Assembly (NCBI GenBank): GCA_963786955.1
Contig: CAWBAT010000005.1
Location: forward strand, 1,248,001 to 1,312,000
Direction: 5' to 3'
Length of the DNA stretch: 64,000 nucleotides
Origin: an uncultured Acidimicrobiia bacterium
GTDB taxonomy: Bacteria > Acidobacteriota > Terriglobia > Versatilivoradales > Versatilivoraceae
Shown: one piece after another, positions 29,444-39,643 of the stretch
Position numbering within the stretch: the first letter of the stretch is position 1
How the letters are laid out: each line of letters starts with the position of its first letter
Notes under the pieces: generated by a model
Told to the model about the DNA's origin: nothing
The model's input: the letters and a program-made list of their open reading frames with translations, nothing else
The model's database searches: none
Program-made: the position numbers and the translations under genes

Positions 29444-30769
29444 GTGATGGTAGATACTGTACTTCGAGAGCGTGAAAACCAGGGTCGTCCGATCCGCGTC
29501 GGAATGATTGGAGCCGGCGCGACGGGCCGTGCCATTGCCCTGCAGCTCGGGACACCAGTTCCGGGGATTCGTCTGGCGGCGATCGCAAACAGAACGCTAG
29601 CGCACGGTGAGCGGGCATTTCGCGAAGCCGGCATCACGGAGTGGAGTCGGGCAGGATCTGCACGCGAGGCGGAATCGGCGATCGGCCGTGGGCTTCCAGT
29701 GCTTACGGATGATCCCTCGTTGCTGACCAGCTGCGACGCTGTCGATATCCTGGTAGAGGTGACGGGCACCGTGGAAGCCGCAGCCCATGTTGTGATCGAT
29801 GCGTTCGACCATGGCAAGCACGTGGTCCTAGTGAACGCGGAGCTCGATTCGATGCTCGGTCCGATTCTCAAAGCGAAAGCAGACCTGGCCGGGGTGGTCC
29901 TTACCCACACGGACGGGGATGAGCCGGGTGTGGCGATGACCCTCTTTCGCTATCTCCGATCGCTAGGACTACATCCCGTGGCCGCGGGCAACCTTAAGGG
30001 GATGGTTGACTACTACCGGACCCCCGAGACCCAACGGGCATTTGCCGAGAAGAATGACCAGGATCCCAGGAAGGTGACTTCGTTTGCAGACGCCACGAAG
30101 TTATCCATGGAGGCAACGGTTCTGGCAAACGCGACAGGCTTCCACGTGGGTCGCCCTGGCATGTATGGCCCTGCCTGCAAGTATGTTCGCGAGATGGCAA
30201 ATCTGCTCCCCGCCAACCAGATGCTCAGCACCGGCCTCGTGGACTATGCCCTTGGAGCCGCGCCCTACACCGGTGCCTTTGTCATCGTTCACGAAGCATC
30301 GCCACTCAAAAAAGCTCAGTTAGCCTACTACAAACTGGGCGACGGGCCATTTTACGTTTTTTACACTCCGTTTCATTTACCTCACATCCAAATCGCCTCG
30401 ACCATCGGTCGAGCAGTTATTCATCGCGATCCGACCGTTGCACCCATCGCCGGGCCTGTGTGTGAGGTCGTGACAGTCGCAAAGAAAGATCTGAGAGCAG
30501 GTGAACATCTTGACGGGATCGGTGGCTTCTGCACCTATGGGCTTGTGGATAACACTGTCGCCGCTCGCGCGCGAGCAGCGCTCCCAATAGGCCTCTCGGA
30601 AGGCTGCGTATTGCTTCGGGATGTTTTGAAAGACGAGGTGCTCTCTTTCGATGATGTGATATCACCACCGGACCGATTGGTCGAAACCCTCTGGCGTGAA
30701 CAGAACGCACGTTGGGCGACCGCAGCAGGAGAAACTAAGGCACGGTTAAAGCAAGAAACGACTGCATGA
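29444..30769 (+). CDS. NAD(P)-dependent oxidoreductase, homoserine-dehydrogenase-like, with C-terminal SAF domain
   Basis: IRVGMIGAG, VLVNAELD, DGDEPG, SFADATK, AKKDLRAGEHLDGIGG, LPIGLSEG. Confidence 0.85.
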   Translation: MMVDTVLRERENQGRPIRVGMIGAGATGRAIALQLGTPVPGIRLAAIANRTLAHGERAFREAGITEWSRAGSAREAESAIGRGLPVLTDDPSLLTSCDAVDILVEVTGTVEAAAHVVIDAFDHGKHVVLVNAELDSMLGPILKAKADLAGVVLTHTDGDEPGVAMTLFRYLRSLGLHPVAAGNLKGMVDYYRTPETQRAFAEKNDQDPRKVTSFADATKLSMEATVLANATGFHVGRPGMYGPACKYVREMANLLPANQMLSTGLVDYALGAAPYTGAFVIVHEASPLKKAQLAYYKLGDGPFYVFYTPFHLPHIQIASTIGRAVIHRDPTVAPIAGPVCEVVTVAKKDLRAGEHLDGIGGFCTYGLVDNTVAARARAALPIGLSEGCVLLRDVLKDEVLSFDDVISPPDRLVETLWREQNARWATAAGETKARLKQETTA

Positions 30770-30842
30770 ACAGCTCCATAAGAGTTATGTCGCTCCACAG
30801 GCAACAACGGTTGCAGCGCCAACCGAAAAATCGAGAGAGATT

Positions 30843-32180
30843 ATGACAATGCCAAACATTATAGTTCTAGGGAGCGGAATGGGCGGGTTCGGAGCTGCTT
30901 ACCGGCTACACAGCGAAGGCATTACACCGGTAATGTACGACCAGAACTCTTACCATGGGGGCCACACCGCGTCGTTTCGACACGACGAGGGCTTTCTCTT
31001 TGACCAAGGCCCCCACATTTCTTTTACGAAGGATCCACGCATTCAAGACCTTTTTGCTGACAGTGTTGATCAGCAGTACGAAACCGTGCAGATCAGGTTG
31101 AATAATTACTGGCGTGGTTACTGGCCACTGCATCCGGTTCAGCTCCACCTTCATGGGCTGCCGGAAGACGTCATAGTAAAGGTCATTACCGACTTTGTGG
31201 AGGAGCGTCAGCTCCCCGAACGACCGATAAAGAACTATGAAGACTGGCTATTCGCAAGCTTTGGTCGGACATTTGCCGAGCTTTTTCCCATGCAATACAC
31301 GCGAAAATACCACCTCACGACGGCTGCGAACATGAGCACCGATTGGCTGGGTCCACGGATCTACCGCCCTACCCTCGAAGAGGTTCTACACGGTGCGCTC
31401 TCGTCTTCAGCTCCACACGTCCACTATATTACGCATTTCCGTTATCCCACCGAGGGTGGATTCATGTCCTACCTCAAGAAATTCGTCCCGCTGGGAAATC
31501 TTAAACTTAATCATAAGTTGGTATCTCTCGACGCCAAGATGCAACAGCTTAGCTTCTCGAATGGTTCTGTGGCGAAGTACGATGCACTCGTCTCTTCGGT
31601 ACCTCTGCCAGATCTCGTGGGTATGATTAAAGGCGTACCGACAGATGTTCTAGACGCTTCCCGACGACTGGCCTGTTCAACTTGCGTCCTGGTGAATGTC
31701 GGCGTGAACCGCGAAGACCTTTCCCGGGCGCACATGAGTTATTTCTATGACGAAGACATTTGTTTCACACGCCTCAGCTTCCCCCACATGCTTTCGGCCC
31801 GAAACGTTTCTCCCGGCACTGGAAGCATTCAGGCAGAGGTCTATTTCTCTGACAAGTACAAGCCCCTGACCGGGTCCCCTCAAGACTGGATCGAACCTGT
31901 TATAAAAGATCTCCACAGCTGTGGGCTCCTACGTGAGGATGACCGAGTCCTTTTCAGCAATGCCATGCTGGTGAAGCATGCCAACGTCATTTTTGATCTT
32001 GACCGTGCGGCTGCACTGAAGACGGTCCACGGCTACCTCGATGATATTGGAATATCCTATTGTGGACGATATGGAGATTGGGGATATATGTGGACGGACG
32101 AGAGCTTCAAGAGCGGGGAGTGTGCCGCAGAACGGGCTCTTTCAACCCTGGTGGCTAGACCCCAACAGAGCATATTGTAG
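30843..32180 (+). CDS. FAD-dependent oxidoreductase (protoporphyrinogen oxidase / UDP-Gal mutase-like fold)
   Basis: VLGSGMGG dinucleotide motif, FDQGPHISF, FRYPTEGG, CGRYGDW.Y. Confidence 0.8.
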   Translation: MTMPNIIVLGSGMGGFGAAYRLHSEGITPVMYDQNSYHGGHTASFRHDEGFLFDQGPHISFTKDPRIQDLFADSVDQQYETVQIRLNNYWRGYWPLHPVQLHLHGLPEDVIVKVITDFVEERQLPERPIKNYEDWLFASFGRTFAELFPMQYTRKYHLTTAANMSTDWLGPRIYRPTLEEVLHGALSSSAPHVHYITHFRYPTEGGFMSYLKKFVPLGNLKLNHKLVSLDAKMQQLSFSNGSVAKYDALVSSVPLPDLVGMIKGVPTDVLDASRRLACSTCVLVNVGVNREDLSRAHMSYFYDEDICFTRLSFPHMLSARNVSPGTGSIQAEVYFSDKYKPLTGSPQDWIEPVIKDLHSCGLLREDDRVLFSNAMLVKHANVIFDLDRAAALKTVHGYLDDIGISYCGRYGDWGYMWTDESFKSGECAAERALSTLVARPQQSIL

Positions 32181-32195
32181 AAAGGAGTACTTCAC

Positions 32196-32981
32196 ATGAA
32201 GGTCGTTCTCTTTTGCGGAGGGCTGGGAATGAGGATAAGGGAAAACAACGAAAGCCTCCCCAAGCCCATGGTTCATCTCGGTTACAGGCCGCTCTTGTGG
32301 CATGTGATGAAATATTACGCGCACTTCGGCCATAAGGACTTCATCCTTTGCCTCGGTTATCGATCCGATGTCATAAAGAATTACTTCCTGGGATATAGCG
32401 AATGCCTTTCCAATGATTTCCTTCTGTCGAAGGGAGGCAAGGACATTAAGTTATATTCCTCAGACATCAGCGATTGGAAGATAACCTTTGCAGATACTGG
32501 CGTCAATTCCAACATTGGCCAGAGACTCAAGGCGATTGAGACTTATTTAAAGGATGAAGAGATATTCCTGGCGAATTACAGTGATAACTTAACGGACCTC
32601 CCTCTTCCAAAGCTGTTGGATTACTCTCATGAGCGCGATAAGGTGGCTACACTGCTTTGTGTGAAACCTAATATGAGTGTTCACTCAGTCTCTTTAGATT
32701 CATTGGGAAGCATCAAAGAGATATCAGAAATCGATCGAACGAATCTTCGGATAAACGGTGGATACTTCGTTTTCAAAAGAGAAATTTTTAAATATTTAAG
32801 GGATGGCGAGGAGTTAGTAAATGAACCTTTTCAGCGTTTGATCGTTGAAAACCAGCTGGTTGGTTATCCTTACGATGGTTTCTGGAAGGCAATGGACACT
32901 TTTAAGGACAGGCAGCAATTGGAGGCCTTGCATGCCACGGGAAAAGCCCCTTGGGAAATTTGGAAGAATAATGGCAAGTAA
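32196..32981 (+). CDS. rfbF: Glucose-1-phosphate cytidylyltransferase
   Basis: LFCGGLGMR, PKPMV, GHKDFILCLGY, INGGYF, GFWKAMDTFKD, APW. Confidence 0.92.
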   Translation: MKVVLFCGGLGMRIRENNESLPKPMVHLGYRPLLWHVMKYYAHFGHKDFILCLGYRSDVIKNYFLGYSECLSNDFLLSKGGKDIKLYSSDISDWKITFADTGVNSNIGQRLKAIETYLKDEEIFLANYSDNLTDLPLPKLLDYSHERDKVATLLCVKPNMSVHSVSLDSLGSIKEISEIDRTNLRINGGYFVFKREIFKYLRDGEELVNEPFQRLIVENQLVGYPYDGFWKAMDTFKDRQQLEALHATGKAPWEIWKNNGK

Positions 32982-33030
32982 TTATGGACCTGAACCTTAA
33001 ACCCATGCATTTTGAAAGGTGCCATTATTT

Positions 33031-33681
33031 ATGCTGAAGCTACAGCTCCCTAACAAGCGTTCTAACTACCAGATTCTATGTGTAGGAGCTCATTCCGACG
33101 ACATCGAAATTGGGTGTGGCGGAGCAATTCTAAAGCTGATCAAGGAGTGTAAGAATCTGACGATTCACTGGATCGTATTTAGTGCGGAACCAGAACGGAA
33201 ACGCGAAGCTTTGAGGAGCGCAAGGCTTTTCTTGAAGGGAACAGCAACTGAGAACCTCTCGGTCAAAGAATTCAGAGGCAGCTTCTTTCCCGATCAGTAC
33301 GCTCAAATCAAGGAAGCATTCGAGCTAATCAAAGGGAAGAACTCACCCGACCTGATCTTTACGCACAGCCGCCACGATTTGCATCAAGACCATCGGGTTA
33401 TCAATGAACTTACCTGGAACACGTTCCGCGACCATTTCATTCTGGAGTACGAGATCCCTAAGTACGACGGTGATTTAGGGAATCCCAATTTTTACATCCA
33501 GTTGGACGAATCGCTTTGTGCACGCAAGCTCCAATACGTTCTTCAATCCTTCAAGACGCAACGGACCAAACACTGGTTTACGGAAGACACATTCAGAGCC
33601 CTTCTGAGGTTGCGAGGTATCGAGTCTGGTGCTTCTGCAAAGTATGCAGAAGCCTTCTATGCAAGGAAGATTGCCCTATAA
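33031..33681 (+). CDS. PIG-L/LmbE-family deacetylase
   Basis: AHSDDIEIGCGG, DLHQDH, YEIPKYDGD. Confidence 0.88.
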   Translation: MLKLQLPNKRSNYQILCVGAHSDDIEIGCGGAILKLIKECKNLTIHWIVFSAEPERKREALRSARLFLKGTATENLSVKEFRGSFFPDQYAQIKEAFELIKGKNSPDLIFTHSRHDLHQDHRVINELTWNTFRDHFILEYEIPKYDGDLGNPNFYIQLDESLCARKLQYVLQSFKTQRTKHWFTEDTFRALLRLRGIESGASAKYAEAFYARKIAL

Positions 33682-33955
33682 AAAATATGAACTCACGAAG
33701 TAAAGTTACGTTTTGTGTCATCCTCGAATCGTTCCCAGTAATCCAGGGGGTTGGCCAATTTTTGAACATTCCCTGTTGGGGAATGAATATACCAGCAGGA
33801 AGTTATTACAAAACCAAATCCACCTTTAGGAGTGGGGATCTCCTCCCTTTGCTATCGAGGGTAAACCCGTTGAGCGGAGTTCTTCCGAATTGAAACTTGA
33901 AGGATAGGATACTGAAACGACTAACCGGAGTAGGTTGCTCCGGATTAATGGGGCC

Positions 33956-35281
33956 ATGGAGATATCGATGATCACAAGAGTCCTCCCAGATCGCTTGGTT
34001 GGCGTTGAATTGAAGAAAGCCTGCTATTCCGCGCACAACAATTTGGGCAGGCTCCTCTTCTTGTTACGAAATTCGAACTACTCATTCACCCGATATATTC
34101 TCAAAGACTTCATCAGATTCCTGACAAACTCGGTTGTACCGGTAGAAGGACAATCGAGAGAAAGAGCTCGCGAAGCGGCAGACTGGCTCATCAGAGCGTG
34201 GTATGCGACGTCTAATTTTGGTGTGTCTTATGGATATTTCCCGTGTGATAACGAGAAAGGCTGGCTCGATTCTTACCCAGAGACGACAGGTTACATCATT
34301 CCCACAATGCTTGAGTTTGCCCGCCGCTACAGATATGACGCCGCCAGGAGCATGGCCCTGAAAATGTCGCGATGGGAAATGGACATTCAAATGGAATCAG
34401 GAGCCGTTCAGGGAGGACGTTTTTCACACTTGCAACCCCAGGCGGCTTCAGTCTTCAACACCGGTATGGTTCTTAAAGGTTGGAGCGCTGCATATCGGGA
34501 ATGTCATGATGAGAGCTTTCTCCTCGCGGCAAAGAAAGCGGCGGCCTTTATGCTCAATGATCTGGATGACGATGGTTACTTCAGAACGCACGGTCCATTT
34601 GTCAAACAAGAGAGGATCAAGACATACAATTGCCTTTGTGCGTGGAGTCTGTTCTGCCACGGAGAAGATGCAGCCGATAGCTCTTGTAAAGAGGCTGCTA
34701 TCAAGGTGACCGAATCAGCGCTTCGCCAGCAGAAACCGAATGGCTGGTTCGCTAACAATTGCCTGACAAATGGGGAGGCACCCTTGCTCCACACCATTGG
34801 CTATACACTCCAAGGAATTCTGGAGATGGGATTTCTGACCGGTCGGAGCGATTACATCGAGGCCGTTCGACTTGGCACCGATCCGCTAATTTCGCGCATT
34901 TCAACGAAAGGTTTTCTGTATGGTCGCTACAAACCGGATTGGGAGCCTGCCAACTCATCGAGTTGCCTTACCGGCTCCGCACAGCTCGCAGTCGTTTGCT
35001 ACAGACTGTACGAATATACCGGAGCTGACCAATATCGACTCGCGGCAGATCGGTTGTTGAACTATTTGAAAGCCTTGCAGGACGTAAAGACCAGCAATCT
35101 GTCCATCAAGGGGGCAATCGCTGGCTCGTTTCCTCTCTTTGGAGAATACATGACCGCAGGGTACCCGAATTGGGCTACCAAATATTACCTCGACGGGTTG
35201 ATATTACAGGATCGGCTTGGCCACGTAGTTGACGCCGGCTCCGCCGAGGCATTGAAGCAAAAAACCGTCGGGATTCATTGA
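33956..35281 (+). CDS. Putative (alpha/alpha)-barrel protein (prenyltransferase/squalene-oxidase-repeat-like) of EPS loci
   Basis: SYPETTGYIIPT, FNTGMVL.GW, QKPNGWF, LHTIGY, CLTGSAQ, YPNWATKY; start uncertain. Confidence 0.65.
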   Translation: MEISMITRVLPDRLVGVELKKACYSAHNNLGRLLFLLRNSNYSFTRYILKDFIRFLTNSVVPVEGQSRERAREAADWLIRAWYATSNFGVSYGYFPCDNEKGWLDSYPETTGYIIPTMLEFARRYRYDAARSMALKMSRWEMDIQMESGAVQGGRFSHLQPQAASVFNTGMVLKGWSAAYRECHDESFLLAAKKAAAFMLNDLDDDGYFRTHGPFVKQERIKTYNCLCAWSLFCHGEDAADSSCKEAAIKVTESALRQQKPNGWFANNCLTNGEAPLLHTIGYTLQGILEMGFLTGRSDYIEAVRLGTDPLISRISTKGFLYGRYKPDWEPANSSSCLTGSAQLAVVCYRLYEYTGADQYRLAADRLLNYLKALQDVKTSNLSIKGAIAGSFPLFGEYMTAGYPNWATKYYLDGLILQDRLGHVVDAGSAEALKQKTVGIH

Positions 35282-35563
35282 GTGCTTCATTCTTCGAGAA
35301 GCCTCCCCTCCCTCATTTTCTCCTAGAAAGATCATTCAAGCAGTCATCCCATATTAGGATATTGGCCGACTCCTGGTGTTTGAAAATCTCGATGGTCACG
35401 GCGGTCGCAAACTCGACCGCGCCGACCGATTTTTCGTAGTGAATTCCAGCGCGCAGGTGATTACAGAGGGGCCCATCATCCGCAAACTTCTCATGATTTA
35501 CCGCATGTCCACCGGCCTTTGTCGGGTAACGCCCGGCGTTCTCTGTCATTAGCTCTCCCACTC

Positions 35564-37069
35564 ATGTCAAGAAGCGTTCAAAGCAAGATGATGCACGGCG
35601 CCTTTTGGATGGTGCTATTGAAGCTCGCGGACCACGGCCTTGGGTTTACCAGTATGCTTATCCTGGTGCGCCTGCTCTCGCCGGCGGATTTTGGAATCGC
35701 TGCCATGGGAGGTTCTTTTGTCGCATTGGCAGAATTACTCACTGCCTTAGGGTTCGACTACGCACTGATTCAACATCCGAAACCAACCCAGGAACACTAT
35801 CACACGGCGTGGACATGCAACGTGCTTCTCGGATCCGCTGTTACCGCTCTCTCGCTTGCGGTCGCTTGGCCGGTCGCCCAGTTTTACCGCCAACCTAAAG
35901 TGTTCTGGGTGATGTGTGCACTTGCATTCGGTCCTCTTCTGGCGTCCCTGGAGAACATTGGCATCGTCAACTTTCGAAAGGAGTTGCAATTCCGCAAAGA
36001 GTTCACGTTCCGATTGAGCCGCCGGATCTTTACTTTCCTCGTGGCCTTGCCGCTGGCCTTTTGGTGGCGCAGCTACTGGGCGCTGGTTGTCGGAATCTTG
36101 ATAAACAAGCTAGGCGTTTCCGTGTTGAGCTACATGGCGCACGAATTTCGGCCGCGCTTTTGTCTAGAGCACGTAAAGGAACTGTTCGGTGTATCGAAGT
36201 GGCTCTTAATTAGCAACATAATCAGCTCCTTAAGGCAGCGATCCACAGATTTCGTCATCGGGAGATGGCACGGTGCAGCGGCCCTTGGGTTCTATGGCAT
36301 TAGCTATGAAATCGCCAACACGCCGACGGCCGATTTGAGCGCCTCCATCAATCGGGCATTGATGCCGGGTTTCGCAAAGATTGAGACCGGCAATGAACTC
36401 CGTGCTGCTTACGGCAACGCGATGAGCGTCCTCGCAATGATTGCCCTGCCTGCCGGGGCTGGCGTCTATGGGGTAGCGCCATTCCTCGTGCCTGTCGTGC
36501 TTGGAAGTAAATGGTTACAGAGCACGGCGTTGGTGGAGATCCTCGCCTTCAATGGTGTCGTTCTCCTGTTCCATTCCTCTATTTGTGCAGTGCTCTTGGG
36601 GAGAGGTTATCCCGATGTCGTTACAAAGACCAGTGCCCTGTACGTCCCGTTGTTTTTCGGGTTGCTGGCTCTGTTCGGTGCCCATTATGGCGTTGCCGGC
36701 GTCGCATACTCGTCGTTGGCAACGTCGGTCATGATGACTCCCCTCTACCTTTATCACGTAAAACGGCGGATTGGGGTTGCATCTGAAGTATTCCTACGGG
36801 CGATCACCCGACCAGCAATCGCTTCCATTCTAATGGCATGGATCGTGCGCATGGTGCTCCCAGCCTATGAGCTCTCAATGTCGACGCGACACGCAGCCTC
36901 CTTGCTGATTGGTGGCGCAGCTCTGGGCGTTGCGGTCTATGCAGTTGCAATAGGGCTGCTATGGCTCCAAGCTGGACGTCCCGCCAGCGCGGAGCGCCTT
37001 GTGCTTGCGCGTATCCGAAGAGCAACCGCCTCGGTTAGCGTCGGCAGCTCACTGTGGAACGGTAAATGA
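35564..37069 (+). CDS. wzx: Wzx/WzxC-type polysaccharide flippase, copy 2
   Basis: Colinear close paralog of 21550..23055. Confidence 0.88.
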   Translation: MSRSVQSKMMHGAFWMVLLKLADHGLGFTSMLILVRLLSPADFGIAAMGGSFVALAELLTALGFDYALIQHPKPTQEHYHTAWTCNVLLGSAVTALSLAVAWPVAQFYRQPKVFWVMCALAFGPLLASLENIGIVNFRKELQFRKEFTFRLSRRIFTFLVALPLAFWWRSYWALVVGILINKLGVSVLSYMAHEFRPRFCLEHVKELFGVSKWLLISNIISSLRQRSTDFVIGRWHGAAALGFYGISYEIANTPTADLSASINRALMPGFAKIETGNELRAAYGNAMSVLAMIALPAGAGVYGVAPFLVPVVLGSKWLQSTALVEILAFNGVVLLFHSSICAVLLGRGYPDVVTKTSALYVPLFFGLLALFGAHYGVAGVAYSSLATSVMMTPLYLYHVKRRIGVASEVFLRAITRPAIASILMAWIVRMVLPAYELSMSTRHAASLLIGGAALGVAVYAVAIGLLWLQAGRPASAERLVLARIRRATASVSVGSSLWNGK

Positions 37070-37153
37070 TTGTTGGCCGAAAAATAGAATTTGGGCCGGA
37101 TTTGTTCAATTCGGTGGACACAGAGCCACCCGTCGCCTTCAGAATTTGTTCTA

Positions 37154-38092
37154 ATGTCGCGTTTTCTGGATGGGAAATTGCGAAACATCTTAACCATTGA
37201 CGTCGAGGATTACTTCCAAGCCAGTGCATTTGACCGGATCATTGGTCGCGGTGAGTGGGATCGCGTCGAAAGCCGGGTGACAGTGAACACTGAAATAATT
37301 CTGGAACTCATGGCCGCCAAAAACGTAATGGCAACATTCTTCATTCTCGGTTGGGTGGCTGAGCGATTTCCTGACTTGGTTGCACGGATCCACTCGCAAG
37401 GGCACGAGGTTGCCTGTCATGGTTACAGTCACAAACTCATCTATCAGCAGACTCGCCAGGAGTTTGCTGAGGAAACACGTCGAGCCAAGTCGGTCCTGGA
37501 AGACATTATTGGCCGCCCCGTGGTTTCCTATCGGGCGGCCAGCTACTCAGTCACCAGGAAGTCTCAATGGGCTCTGCAGATCCTGGCTGAGGAAGGCTTT
37601 CAGTACGATTCCAGCATCTTCCCCATTGTTCACGACCGGTACGGAGTGCCTAGTTCTCCCCGTTACCCATTTCGACTAAAGCTGGAAGACGGAAAGGAAC
37701 TGTTCGAGTTTCCGATTTCCACTCTCCGAGTATTGGGCATTAACTTTCCTATGGCAGGGGGAGGATACTTCAGACTATTGCCCTATGTTGCTACCAGGAA
37801 AGCGGTCTGCAGGCTTAACTCTCGGGATAGGCTGCCGCTGATTTTTTACCTGCATCCATGGGAGTTTGATCCCGAGCAACCGCGACTGCGAGTCGGAAGA
37901 TCCACAAGATTTCGGCATTATTTGAATCTCAAGCGAACCGGTGATCGTTTTCAATGCCTGTTGCGGGACTTTGAGTTCAGTTCGCTGGCAGAGATCGCAT
38001 CCACCATGAATTTTCCCAGCTTGGCTCTTGACGAAGTCATGAACAATTCCCAAGGGAAGTCCGCCAAGATCGATTCGGCGAAAAAGGTTTAG
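37154..38092 (+). CDS. XrtA-system polysaccharide deacetylase (CE4 + DUF3473-like)
   Basis: TIDVEDYF, ATFFILGWVAE, HEVACHGYSH, YRAASYS, GGGYFR, YLHPWE.DP.QPR. Confidence 0.9.
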   Translation: MSRFLDGKLRNILTIDVEDYFQASAFDRIIGRGEWDRVESRVTVNTEIILELMAAKNVMATFFILGWVAERFPDLVARIHSQGHEVACHGYSHKLIYQQTRQEFAEETRRAKSVLEDIIGRPVVSYRAASYSVTRKSQWALQILAEEGFQYDSSIFPIVHDRYGVPSSPRYPFRLKLEDGKELFEFPISTLRVLGINFPMAGGGYFRLLPYVATRKAVCRLNSRDRLPLIFYLHPWEFDPEQPRLRVGRSTRFRHYLNLKRTGDRFQCLLRDFEFSSLAEIASTMNFPSLALDEVMNNSQGKSAKIDSAKKV

Positions 38093-38223
38093 TAGATGCT
38101 CATGGGTAGCTCGGTTTTGCATATTCTAGAGACACTTGGCTTTTATACCTGTCACGAGAATGATCGGTCCTATCATCAGAAAACGCATCAGCTTATGAGT
38201 CGACTTTTTTCAGACATTCAACC

Positions 38224-39537
38224 ATGCGCATAGGGAGAACTCTACCGCCTGCAGCGGCCCCCTTCGGCATCAGGGAAATTTATTCTGGAATTTGCGGGAT
38301 TGTTAACGGTCGGAATGAATTGGCTCGTTTTGAGTCAGAATTAAAGGAACACTTTGGTGTTCAACACTGCTTCCTCGTCTCTTCGGGAAAGGCCGCTCTC
38401 ACCTTGATTCTCCTGGCCCTCAAAGATTTGTCGCCCGATAGAGATGAGGTTCTCATCCCTGCATTCACCTGTTATTCAGTGCCTTCGTCAATCATTCGCG
38501 CAGGTCTCAGCATGCGGTTATGTGACCTGCACCCGGATGGTCTGGATTTTGACTTTGATCATTTGTCGGCAATGCTTTCTAGATCATCCCTCTTAGGCGA
38601 GGCCGATGATTCCCTTTCCGAAGGCGTCACGGATTCACCGGACAAAGCTTCGGATGAGGCAGGTGATTCCAGGGACTCGACCCAGCGGCTTCTGGCCGTT
38701 GTTCCCACCCATCTATTGGGTGTTCCGGCTGATGTCATGAGATTGAGGGGAATAGTTCATGACTCCAGGGTTACATTCGTTGAGGATGCTGCGCAGGCCA
38801 TGGGGGGGGAGTACGAGGGCAGGAAGCTTGGAACCCTTGGCGACGTCGGATTTTTCAGCCTGGGACGCGGGAAGGCATTTTCAACGGTTGAGGGAGGTGT
38901 CATCTTGACGGATCGGGATGATATCGCTGAAAAACTCAAGCGTCACGTGGCAGGCCTCCCTTCTTATAGTCTATTGGAATTGCTGAATCTGTTTATGAAG
39001 GCCGTGTTGCTCAGGCTTTTCCTCCATCCGCTCCTGTTCTGGATTCCCCGGTCTATGCCATTCCTTAAACTCGGGGAGACATTTTTCGAGCCGAATTTTC
39101 CGATTCGGAAAATGTCCTCCTTTCAGGCAGGTCTCGCCAGAAATCGGCCGGCCAGACTCCAGAAACTTCAGGAGGGTCGAAGAAGAAATGTGAAGCGATG
39201 GATTGCAGCCCTCGACGCCCTTGGAATTCACAGGTTACCTTTCAATCATTGCTCAGGGTCTGGCCTCATCCGATTTCCTGTTAGGGTCAAGGGTGTTGAA
39301 AAAAGAGAATCCCTGTTGCGGGAAAGCGCGGTAAGAGGCTTAGGAATTATGCCGATGTACCCAGATACCATCGCGCGTCTTCCGGAGTTAAGAGGAACTA
39401 TGGATGCTCGAGAGTTTCCCGTGGCCGAACGTTGCGCCAAAGAACTCGTCACATTGCCCACCCATGAATATGTTACCCGGAAAGATGTAATGAAGATCAG
39501 CCAACTTCTCGCTCATACACTCACCTCTAAACTCTGA
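38224..39537 (+). CDS. DegT/DnrJ/EryC1/StrS-family PLP protein
   Basis: SSGKAAL, VLIPAFTC, VEDAAQA, FSLGRGK, LVTLPTH. Confidence 0.8.
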   Translation: MRIGRTLPPAAAPFGIREIYSGICGIVNGRNELARFESELKEHFGVQHCFLVSSGKAALTLILLALKDLSPDRDEVLIPAFTCYSVPSSIIRAGLSMRLCDLHPDGLDFDFDHLSAMLSRSSLLGEADDSLSEGVTDSPDKASDEAGDSRDSTQRLLAVVPTHLLGVPADVMRLRGIVHDSRVTFVEDAAQAMGGEYEGRKLGTLGDVGFFSLGRGKAFSTVEGGVILTDRDDIAEKLKRHVAGLPSYSLLELLNLFMKAVLLRLFLHPLLFWIPRSMPFLKLGETFFEPNFPIRKMSSFQAGLARNRPARLQKLQEGRRRNVKRWIAALDALGIHRLPFNHCSGSGLIRFPVRVKGVEKRESLLRESAVRGLGIMPMYPDTIARLPELRGTMDAREFPVAERCAKELVTLPTHEYVTRKDVMKISQLLAHTLTSKL

Positions 39538-39643
39538 AAATCTTCTTGATGATTGAATCGATTGGCGTTAGAAGACCAGTGCTGCAGTTTTTCCAAAGAG
39601 TCCTTGAATGTTCGTAGCACATCAATAAATATTGGCCGAGCCT

